From contig VHBL01000007.1 of the NCBI GenBank assembly GCA_016871995.1, positions 695-32,694 on the forward strand: a stretch of 32,000 bases of DNA. Direction: 5' to 3'. The position numbers and the translations under genes were made by a program. Below the pieces are notes generated by a model that worked only from the letters and a program-made list of their open reading frames with translations, was not told the DNA's origin and ran no database searches. The DNA comes from Nitrososphaerota archaeon. GTDB lineage: Archaea; Thermoproteota; Nitrososphaeria; Nitrososphaerales; UBA57. Of this stretch, positions 1 to 7,027 are shown one piece after another. Position 1 is the first letter of the stretch. Each line of letters begins with the position of its first letter.

Positions 1-1477
1 CTATAACAGGGGTAACATAATGATCTGGTCAATCGGCGGAGCGGCTGAAGGGACCTGGGGCGGAAGGTCATATGTTGCAGGTCACGATATTACGACGGGT
101 CAGCTGAAATGGAGATTTTTCTACATCCCACCATGCGGAGATCCAGCAACATGCAAGCCTCTATTCCAAAGGGAGAAGCAAGAATGGGGCAACTGGCTAG
201 TACAAAATTGCAATAAGATATGGATACAAGCCATAAGATCATGCACACTAGATCAGGATCTATTAAGAAACGACTTTGGAAACATGAGGTTCAACTCTGG
301 AGTAAGCAATGTGTGGGGAACTTATGTAGTTGACCAAGAAACTGGCATAGTCTACTTTGGAACTGCGCAGGCAGGGCCAGACTGGAATGCAACGCATGCA
401 CCTGGCTTCAGACTGTTCGGAGCTTCAGTAATAGCACTTAATGCTGGAACAGGAGAGCTTGTATGGGCACATCAGACTACAGCACGGGACCTATGGGACT
501 ATGACTGCTCATGGAATACAGTACTTGCAAATGCAAAGATAAAGGGACAGAATAAGAAAGTAGTCATAAAGGGTTGCAAGAACGGAGTTGTACACGTACT
601 AGATGCGGCTACAGGAGAGCTGATACACTTCCTGCAGAGTCCTGACATAAAGAGAACGCCTGAGCAGTTGTTAGGTAATAGGGAATGGGGTGGTATAACC
701 TACGATCCAAGGAGTAAGGAGCTTATGACGAAGCCGTGGACTAATTACCCAAGCAAAGATCCATTCTGGATGAACTGCCCAGTCACCGGGTGCCTCGAGT
801 CAGACATTGCATATGATCCAACAAGGAACATGGTGTATGCGGGTACCTATAATGCACCTACATGGAGCAGAGTTACAAACGTTGACCACAGAGGAGCGAG
901 CTTAGGAGGACAAATAAATCCGGCTGGTTTTCCTGCACCATACTCACCAAAGATCAACTCAACAATCAATGCTTGGGACCTAGACACTGGTCAATTGAAA
1001 TGGAAATATTTCATCAATGATAAAGGCTTCAGAGGAGGAGTGTTGGTCAGCGGAGGACTAGTATGGTTCGCTGCAGTAGACGGAATCGCGAGAGCTCTAG
1101 ATGCTGATACTGGAAAAGTCCTCTATGAGCAAAACCTTGGTATTTCGACATTAATTCAACCAACAATAGCCGCAGATGCTGATGGCAAGGTGAAGCTCTT
1201 CAGAGTTGTTGGAGGGCGTGCACTTGGCGCACTCCTTGGTCCTGGCGTAGGGTCAGATGTACCTGGAGCAATAATGGCCTATGGTCTAAGCGACAATATT
1301 CCAGCACCAAAGGAAGTCATAAAGGAAGTACCAAAGGAAGTCATAAAGGAAGTACCAAAGGAAGTCATAAAGGAAGTAACAGTGGAGACGGTTTCTCCGA
1401 TATCCTACGCTATAGTAGGGATAGGAATCATCGTAGCTGTAGTAGGTATAGTAGCATCAAGAAGAAAGAAGGCATAG
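1..1477 (+). CDS. PQQ-like beta-propeller (quinoprotein dehydrogenase-like) protein, 5'-truncated by window edge, C-terminally membrane anchored
   Basis: The frame stays open upstream of the ATG at 20, to the window edge. Repeated propeller blade motifs are present (TTGQLKWRF, GTGELVWAH, ATGELIHFL, DTGQLKWKY, DTGKVLYEQ). The C-terminus has a (KEVIKEVP)x3 spacer, one TM helix and an RRKKA tail. Confidence 0.75.
   Translation, partial: YNRGNIMIWSIGGAAEGTWGGRSYVAGHDITTGQLKWRFFYIPPCGDPATCKPLFQREKQEWGNWLVQNCNKIWIQAIRSCTLDQDLLRNDFGNMRFNSGVSNVWGTYVVDQETGIVYFGTAQAGPDWNATHAPGFRLFGASVIALNAGTGELVWAHQTTARDLWDYDCSWNTVLANAKIKGQNKKVVIKGCKNGVVHVLDAATGELIHFLQSPDIKRTPEQLLGNREWGGITYDPRSKELMTKPWTNYPSKDPFWMNCPVTGCLESDIAYDPTRNMVYAGTYNAPTWSRVTNVDHRGASLGGQINPAGFPAPYSPKINSTINAWDLDTGQLKWKYFINDKGFRGGVLVSGGLVWFAAVDGIARALDADTGKVLYEQNLGISTLIQPTIAADADGKVKLFRVVGGRALGALLGPGVGSDVPGAIMAYGLSDNIPAPKEVIKEVPKEVIKEVPKEVIKEVTVETVSPISYAIVGIGIIVAVVGIVASRRKKA
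1307..1378 (+). repeat. Perfect 24-bp tandem repeat x3 (ccaaaggaagtcataaaggaagta), encoding PKEVIKEV x3
   Basis: Three identical consecutive 24-nt units read directly at 1307-1330, 1331-1354 and 1355-1378, in frame within the CDS. Confidence 0.95.
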
Positions 1478-1484
1478 CAGAAGA

Positions 1485-1512
1485 GCCCCGAAGAGGGGCA
1501 CCTATTATTTTT
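1485..1512 (+). terminator. Hairpin (gcccc-gaaga-ggggc) followed by a T-rich tract (ttattttt)
   Basis: It starts 8 nt after the stop codon. The paralog at the other window end has the same hairpin plus ATTATTTTT layout downstream. Confidence 0.4.
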
Positions 1513-1563
1513 CAAACGCTTTTCCGTTCGTAGTAATATGTCGTAATTTGCGATTATTTTTGG

Positions 1564-1575
1564 TGGACCGGGAGG
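1564..1575. repeat. att core, distal copy (TGGACCGGGAGG)
   Basis: Identical to the complement of the last 12 nt of tRNA-Ala (10633-10644). The following 10 nt match 6/10 (tatttgaata versus gattcgaacc). Confidence 0.7.
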
Positions 1576-1804
1576 TATTTGAATATGTTTAGGTTCAAAT
1601 ACCTTACTTTTAGAGGTAATTTATGATATGTCAGTATGTCAGTTAAGGGTTAAATGGGTTTGATTCTTGCTTATTCTAACAATCAGAGCAATTTCTGAAG
1701 GGGTATATATAGGGGTTGGCGGATTGTAGTCTAAGGTCGCTTATCCTCTAGGTCTTTGACTTCCTTAATTTTGGATTTCCTCATTCGTCTTCTAATGTCA
1801 AGAC

Positions 1805-2389
1805 CTACTCAGCCCGAGGCTTTTGGGTATTCAATTCTAAGAGTTTTAGTTTGCTCTCATAATACTTGTCCATATCAGGAACCTTCGCAAGGATATCCAC
1901 CAATAGAAGGGACTGCTGCATTATACCCAAACTTATTACATGTAGCCTTATCGGATCGTGGCTCAGGGGTGTCTCTGATTTCCTTGAAATCAGCATATCT
2001 CGTAAAATAGAATTTGTAAGCATGTCAACCATGTCCCTCCAATATCTGCTATCACCTTCTCCCCTGCGAAGATGCTCGGCTATTTTGGTTCGGTTATGCA
2101 CAACTCTTACGAGTCTTGCACCGAGTTCTATCAACCATTGGCTATATCCATCCTTGGAGAACTCATAAACAGCGTTTGGAGGAAAGACCTTCTCTTTGTG
2201 CCTTAAAATGACACCTTCTTTTTCAAGCCAGTCAAGATACTTTCGCAGTGATGCGGTTCCTATACCCTTCCCCTTCTCTTGAATCTCCCGCCAAGGTTTA
2301 GGCTTCCCATCAGAAAATAATTTTAGAATGAAGTTCATAATACGGTTTTCATCAGAAAGAACCCTCTCTTCAAGATTGGTCATTTCCAT
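1805..2389 (-). CDS. Winged-helix DNA-binding protein (putative element regulator)
   Basis: The N-terminal segment ENRIMNFILKLFSDGKPKPWREIQEKGKGIGTASLRKYLDWLEKEGVILRHK looks like a wHTH. The ATG at 2389 is preferred over the TTG at 2419 because it lies 33 nt from the shared TATA box. Confidence 0.55.
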   Translation of the reverse strand: MEMTNLEERVLSDENRIMNFILKLFSDGKPKPWREIQEKGKGIGTASLRKYLDWLEKEGVILRHKEKVFPPNAVYEFSKDGYSQWLIELGARLVRVVHNRTKIAEHLRRGEGDSRYWRDMVDMLTNSILRDMLISRKSETPLSHDPIRLHVISLGIMQQSLLLVDILAKVPDMDKYYESKLKLLELNTQKPRAE

Positions 2390-2396
2390 AAATGGC

Positions 2397-2463
2397 TCAT
2401 ATTTCAGTATCAAAAACAAACTTTATAAACATGTTGTTTTCATATTTCAGCATCGAAAACAAA
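2397..2463. promoter_or_regulatory. Divergent promoter/operator: palindromic TATA box TTTATAAA (2422-2429) flanked by two 24-bp direct repeats
   Basis: tcatatttcagtatcaaaaacaaa (2397-2420) and tcatatttcagcatcgaaaacaaa (2440-2463) match 22/24. The TATA box is 33-34 nt from both divergent ATGs (2389 minus strand, 2463 plus strand). Confidence 0.5.
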
Positions 2464-2624
2464 TGAAAAAGCAAACCGAATACATCACCCTGTGTTTAGA
2501 CATGGAGACTTTCAAGCGCCTCGAGGCCCGAGCAGAGCAGGAAGAAAGAAAACCGGGGCAGCTTGCACGATTGATTTTGAAAAAAGTGCTTGGAACCGAA
2601 GAGGAGGTTGCAATCGCAGCATGA
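2463..2624 (+). CDS. Ribbon-helix-helix (CopG/Arc-like) protein, 53 aa
   Basis: MKKQTEYITLCLDMETFKRLEARAEQEERKPGQLARLILKKVL fits a beta-strand/helix/helix RHH pattern. This is the internal ATG of track ORF 2328-2624, placed directly after the promoter repeats. Confidence 0.65.
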   Translation: MKKQTEYITLCLDMETFKRLEARAEQEERKPGQLARLILKKVLGTEEEVAIAA

Positions 2625-2848
2625 AGGTTTCACTCGCGAGGACGAAGGGCTACGTTTCGAAATTACCAGTGTCGACTTTCAAAAACATCATTTTGGCCGA
2701 GCGTGATGAAATTGAGCTCTCTGACCTGATTTCGAAACTTGAAACTTGGGAAATTCTACTCAATCAAGAAATGAGCTTTCGGGAGAAGTCCGGTTCAACG
2801 AAACTTCTCCCGGCTGCAGAGCCGGTTTCTTTAGGAGGCCCTGTGTAA
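2621..2848 (+). CDS. Hypothetical protein, 75 aa
   Basis: An ATGA start/stop overlap with the RHH gene suggests translational coupling. It is followed 1 nt later by the prim-pol GTG start. I recognise no motif. Confidence 0.4.
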   Translation: MKVSLARTKGYVSKLPVSTFKNIILAERDEIELSDLISKLETWEILLNQEMSFREKSGSTKLLPAAEPVSLGGPV

Positions 2849-2849
2849 A

Positions 2850-3680
2850 GTGTTTACAGTCAATGCTGATATTAAAACGTTAACGCTTCAGGGGTTCATT
2901 AAGCTCTATCTTGAGTGGGGTATTTCTTTTGTACCTCTAATATACAAAGACAAAGCTCCGGCTCTTCAAGAAGGCGAGATTTACAAGTATCGGAAGAGGC
3001 AACCCAACGAACAAGAGATAAAAAGATGGTTTTACAATGGCTCGCAACATGGCATAGCTGCTGTTTGTGGTTTCAATAACTTAGTATGCTTGGATTTTGA
3101 CGATCGGAAGACATTCGAAGCCTACATAGCTGGAAGGCCCTTACCAGAAACTTTCATAACAAAGAGTGCCAGAGGCGTCCATCTTTACTTCATCAACGAT
3201 AAGCCAATTGGTAGTATGAGATACGAGGGCTTGAAAGTCGAACTGCTGGGGGCGTGGCATCTTTCAACGCTTCCGCCCTCTTTGCATCCTTCTGGCATTC
3301 AACATTCAATACTCAACATGCGTCCGATCAAATCGGTATTTGGAATTGAGACGGCATTTAACGCATTTGCAAAGTCTCAGGGTATAGACACTAAGAAATC
3401 TTCTAAGGCCATCACAAAGGCAGATTTAACGGGAATCGTCCCTGAGGGGATTAGGCACGAAACGGCAAAGAATTATGCTAAGCACCTCATTAGAGGCTTA
3501 AAACTAGATAGTACAACGTCTCTGTTCGAGCTTCAACGCTGGAATGAGAAGCATTGCGTACCTCCCCTTCCTGAAGGGGAACTCATAGACCTAGTACGGT
3601 ATTTCAGCTCGAAGCAAAGGCAGATTTCTGCAGATTTGACCGAGGAGTTTGCAAAAAGGAGGGGTAGCTTTGCAGAGTGA
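2850..3680 (+). CDS. Bifunctional DNA primase-polymerase (prim-pol, archaeo-eukaryotic primase superfamily)
   Basis: Motifs LVCLDFDD (DxD), ARGVHLYF (sGxGxHxyF-like) and VELLG...LPPSLHPSG. GTG start with GGAGG 12 nt upstream. Confidence 0.85.
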   Translation: MFTVNADIKTLTLQGFIKLYLEWGISFVPLIYKDKAPALQEGEIYKYRKRQPNEQEIKRWFYNGSQHGIAAVCGFNNLVCLDFDDRKTFEAYIAGRPLPETFITKSARGVHLYFINDKPIGSMRYEGLKVELLGAWHLSTLPPSLHPSGIQHSILNMRPIKSVFGIETAFNAFAKSQGIDTKKSSKAITKADLTGIVPEGIRHETAKNYAKHLIRGLKLDSTTSLFELQRWNEKHCVPPLPEGELIDLVRYFSSKQRQISADLTEEFAKRRGSFAE

Positions 3681-5007
3681 ACTTTCCACAATCGCTTTGA
3701 CAGAAGACACTAAACCATATGAAGTTGCAGAGGCATACCTTCAAGCAGCTTTTGTAAAGACATTTTTTGACTCGAGTGAGATAGTCCTCTATCACGAAAA
3801 AGGGGTTTATGTTAGAAACGCCGAATGGATAATTGCAAAGGACATCGAAGAGGTCTTTCATAAGAAGAAGTTAGATAAACTTCTGACTAACAACTTCCTT
3901 ACTGAAGTTCTAGGTCATATAAGGAGGAGAACTTATGTTAACCGCTCAGAGTTTGATAAAGAGCCTTTTATTCTTAATCTAAAGAATGGATTACTCAATG
4001 TACAAACAGGGGAATTTACAAAGCACAGTCCTGAGCATCTCTCTTTAGTACAGTTTCAGGTTGAATACAATCCGAAGGCGAATTGCCTTAAGATAGCAAA
4101 GTTCCTTTCAGAAGTGTTATTCCCTGACGATCTCCAATGTGTACAAGAATACGTTGGTTTCTGTTTATGGAAAGAGTACACGGTTGCAAAGGCTCTCTTA
4201 CTCGTTGGAGAAGGTGGAAACGGGAAGTCAACTTTCATTTTATTGATTAAGGCATTAATCGGAAGTGAAAATACCTCCTCAGTTTCACTTCAAGAATTGG
4301 AATATAACAGATTTGCGAAAGCAGATTTGTACGGAAAGCTAGCTAACCTCTATGCAGATCTTCCTGATGAAGCTCTAAAGAGCGCTGGGGTTTTCAAAAT
4401 GTTGACCGGCAAAGATCCAATAAGGGGAGAGTACAAATTCAGAAATTCCTTTCCCTTTGTCAATCTTGCAAAGTTGATTTTTAGTGCTAATAAGGTTCCA
4501 GAGTCATATGAAGATACGACAGCATTCTTTCGGCGTTGGATAATTATTCTATTTCCTTTTACATTCATAGGCAAGAATGAGAACAAAGACCTCGTCAATG
4601 AGCTGACAACGGAAGAGGAGCTTTCAGGCTTCTTGAATTGGGCTTTAGAAGGGCTGCAAAGACTTAGAGCTAACGGTTGGAACTTCAGTAATAGTAGGAG
4701 CGTAGAAGAGGTCAGGGAAGAGTACATTCGAAAATCCTCCCCGATACAAGCTTTCATCATGGATTGTATTGATATTGATAGTTATAGCGAAATTCCGAAA
4801 AAACAGCTATTCGATAAGTTTCTTGAGTACTGTAAGAGCAAGAAACTACCTGCTCCTTCAGATCAGACCTTTTTCAAGAAATTACCTCGATTTGTCAACA
4901 TAACTGACACTAGGCCGGAGGTTGGCGGAAAGAGAGTTCCCTGTTTCAAAGGGATCAAACTAAAGGAAGAGGAGGGCGTAAGAAACGCTCAAGCAAAGAT
5001 TAGTTAA
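3649..5007 (+). CDS. D5/P4-primase-type superfamily 3 helicase (NTPase)
   Basis: Walker A LVGEGGNGKST, downstream LANLYADLPDE, and a C-terminal region typical of phage/plasmid primase P4-family helicases. The in-frame TTG at 3670 sits 7 nt after GGAGG (3658-3662) and is an equally likely start. Confidence 0.85.
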   Translation: MQKGGVALQSELSTIALTEDTKPYEVAEAYLQAAFVKTFFDSSEIVLYHEKGVYVRNAEWIIAKDIEEVFHKKKLDKLLTNNFLTEVLGHIRRRTYVNRSEFDKEPFILNLKNGLLNVQTGEFTKHSPEHLSLVQFQVEYNPKANCLKIAKFLSEVLFPDDLQCVQEYVGFCLWKEYTVAKALLLVGEGGNGKSTFILLIKALIGSENTSSVSLQELEYNRFAKADLYGKLANLYADLPDEALKSAGVFKMLTGKDPIRGEYKFRNSFPFVNLAKLIFSANKVPESYEDTTAFFRRWIIILFPFTFIGKNENKDLVNELTTEEELSGFLNWALEGLQRLRANGWNFSNSRSVEEVREEYIRKSSPIQAFIMDCIDIDSYSEIPKKQLFDKFLEYCKSKKLPAPSDQTFFKKLPRFVNITDTRPEVGGKRVPCFKGIKLKEEEGVRNAQAKIS

Positions 5008-5018
5008 CTCTTCTGACA

Positions 5019-5117
5019 TTAAGATAGGAAAAACCCCTGACAGAGTTGACAGGGTTGACGGAACTAGGGTTTTTGCGTCAGGGCTGTCAGGGCTGTCAAC
5101 CCATTTCCCTATCTTAA
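5019..5117. repeat. Inverted iteron array, candidate replication origin of the element
   Basis: Outer perfect 10-bp inverted repeat ttaagatagg (5019-5028) / cctatcttaa (5108-5117). Left arm has three 9-bp-spaced TGAC units (tgacagagt, tgacagggt, tgacggaac from 5037). Right arm has gtcagggct x2 plus gtcaaccc (5077-5102). gggttgac (5052-5059) and gtcaaccc (5095-5102) are perfect inverted 8-mers. Confidence 0.5.
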
Positions 5118-5359
5118 GTTCCGAAAGCCCAAAGGCTAACCCTTCAACCTTAGACTATTGGATCCAAAGTCCGAAACTTAACGCTAGGTTAACTCTAATC
5201 AAAGAAAAACCCTCTAAACTTAACGGGTTAACTATTCCTTCCTTCAGGCTAGGAATAAAATGCTCTGAGCATAAAGACCTTCAATATAACAATCCAATTT
5301 CATGGAGAGATCACTACCTCTTAACGCATGGCTTGATATTTGAAGAGGAGCAAAGTTAG

Positions 5360-5599
5360 ATGCCGAAAGCTAGGCTTGAAAGCGAAGGCAGTTATGAGAG
5401 ATGGCTTAGTCAGGTTGCGAAGTTTAGCAATCGCTTTAGCCCTTACAAAATTCCCAGAACAAAGGAGCATGGAATAAGGAAGAGGCCGAAGCCTGAGCAT
5501 GAAGCTACAATCAGATACGAATGTAAGCCATGTGATCTAACCTTTCAGAATTTAGATTTGTACGAGATTCACAATGCGCTCAAGCATAAAGCAGGATAG
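5360..5599 (+). CDS. C2H2 zinc-finger protein, 79 aa
   Basis: YECKPCDLTFQNLDLYEIHNALKH has C-x2-C-x12-H-x4-H spacing. Confidence 0.6.
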   Translation: MPKARLESEGSYERWLSQVAKFSNRFSPYKIPRTKEHGIRKRPKPEHEATIRYECKPCDLTFQNLDLYEIHNALKHKAG

Positions 5600-6275
5600 T
5601 GTTAGCAAATTGCAAACAATCAAGAATAAACGCAAAGGAAAGATGCTCCAACCTGAGGTTGCTCAAAAATGGGAAGCTCTGAAGCAATCTCTAAACTTCA
5701 GATCGGATAACGAATTTGCCAATGCTCTTTTAGAAACTCAGAAGGATCGCTTAGTCCCCTTTGTCAGCCATGAAACTGTATTTAATTCACCTGCTCCAAC
5801 TCTCATAATTGGGGAGCCGGGTTCAAGAAAAACAACCTTAGTTAAGCAGTTAATCCCTTCAATTCGAAATTCTATCCTATGCATTGATCCCCATAGCGAG
5901 TACTTAGAATTGGAGCAGTTCAACGGGAAGGGAGAGGTTGTTAGCAAAGTCCCCTTAGGTTTCGAAATACTGAAGGGTTCGATGATTGACTTTAGCAGGA
6001 AACAACGATTGAGGTTTATCCCTTCACAAAACCCCTTTGTTTCTGAAGCTGAGACAACTAGCCTCTTTATGAGTTTGAATGAAAGCAGGGAAAAAATGAA
6101 GGGTTGGACTCTAATCGTTGACGAATGTCATAGGTTCTCAGGTAATAGTTTATTCCGAAGCTTCATAACAGAGAGTAGAAAGTATTCGATAAAGTCAATT
6201 TTGATAACTGCTGATTATGCGAAGTTTGAAGGGTTGGGCTATTTCCTAAGGCCTGCTCCAATTGGAAGGGCTTGA
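5574..6275 (+). CDS. Small HerA/FtsK-like P-loop ATPase
   Basis: Deviant Walker A IIGEPGSRKTT, a HerA-like ILCIDPHSEY motif, and Walker B/sensor TLIVDECHRF. An alternative start is the ATG at 5643 (MLQPEV). Confidence 0.6.
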   Translation: MRSSIKQDSVSKLQTIKNKRKGKMLQPEVAQKWEALKQSLNFRSDNEFANALLETQKDRLVPFVSHETVFNSPAPTLIIGEPGSRKTTLVKQLIPSIRNSILCIDPHSEYLELEQFNGKGEVVSKVPLGFEILKGSMIDFSRKQRLRFIPSQNPFVSEAETTSLFMSLNESREKMKGWTLIVDECHRFSGNSLFRSFITESRKYSIKSILITADYAKFEGLGYFLRPAPIGRA

Positions 6276-6584
6276 ATGTTTCCAATCGTCATATCCCCTG
6301 AAATTACAATAGTCATCTTCGGCGTGATAGTCTTACTTACCCTTCTGTTTCTTCAATCCCTAATATCAGGGTTCGGCTTAAGGGCCATTACTCGTTTCAT
6401 TGTGGCAATCTTGACCCTGCTCGGTTTTGCACTGGGCCTGATGCCATTTATCCTGAACTCAGCAGGCTCTTCGATGGAGCTTTCAATTTTTACTCTGGTC
6501 TTTTTATCAATTGGCCTTTCGGTGTCTAGCTTCGCTTTGAGTTTTTTGATAATAAGACCCTCTGCCAGTCATGCCAGAGCCTAG
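6276..6584 (+). CDS. Small integral membrane protein (about 3 TM helices)
   Basis: The ATG directly abuts the ATPase stop (TGAATG). The protein has three long hydrophobic segments. Confidence 0.5.
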   Translation: MFPIVISPEITIVIFGVIVLLTLLFLQSLISGFGLRAITRFIVAILTLLGFALGLMPFILNSAGSSMELSIFTLVFLSIGLSVSSFALSFLIIRPSASHARA

Positions 6585-6787
6585 AATTTTAGTTAATAGC
6601 TGATCTAAGAAGGGGTACTATCACACGTACACACACTAATAGCAAATCTCAATCAAAATTTGTTATTTTGTTCGTGATCTGTCAAATTCAAAAATTCCGT
6701 CTAGCTGTGGATTGACCAAATCAAATTCAGCAGTTAACTTTCAAATCTTATCAGGCGACAAAAAGAATTGCCCAAAGATGTTAAAGA

Positions 6788-6841
6788 TGGTAAAGATGCC
6801 GAACAACCGTCTGTTAGCATTATTTAATTAGTTGTGGTATA
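6788..6841 (+). CDS. Candidate micro-ORF A1, 17 aa (MLKMVKMPNNRLLALFN)
   Basis: Paralogous to A2. The C-terminus PNN(R)LLxxFN-stop is conserved and the one indel is exactly 3 nt (cgt), so the frame is preserved. Confidence 0.3.
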
Positions 6842-6966
6842 TTGAGCGTCGCCCAATCAAACAATCCTAAAGTTAACCGAAGCTCTGTCAATGATTGATG
6901 TTGACGATGTGGGTGAACAAGAAGAGATTGCCCGTCTATAGATATATTATTTCTATATTGGTAGTT
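6809..6966 (+). repeat. Duplicated intergenic module, copy 1
   Basis: Aligns with 8105-8252. It shares a perfect 38-nt block (ctaaagttaaccgaagctctgtcaatgattgatgttga) and a perfect 22-nt block (tctatagatatattatttctat). Confidence 0.9.
6901..6951 (+). CDS. Candidate micro-ORF B1, 16 aa acidic peptide (MIDVDDVGEQEEIARL)
   Basis: Same length, start and stop position as B2. The first 7 residues are identical and the middle diverges while staying acidic. Confidence 0.3.
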
Positions 6967-7027
6967 GTCGGGCTAGTTTGGAGAATGAGTATGTTTTTAT
7001 TTTTGTTGTCAAGTAGATGTAAAAGAC

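Noticed and set aside
1756-2168. Plus-strand ORFs 1756-2010 and 1866-2168
   Set aside because: They are antisense shadows of the wHTH gene, with low-complexity translations and no motifs.
2328-2462. Long version of the RHH ORF (98 aa from 2328) and the 118-aa ORF from 2492
   Set aside because: The 5' parts run antisense through the wHTH gene or the promoter repeats, or overlap the RHH gene in another frame. The internal ATGs at 2463 and 2621 give compact, coupled genes.
5037-5102. Short regularly spaced repeats considered as a mini CRISPR array
   Set aside because: The units are 9 bp with no spacers, arranged as inverted arms. That is iteron-like, not CRISPR, and no cas genes are present.
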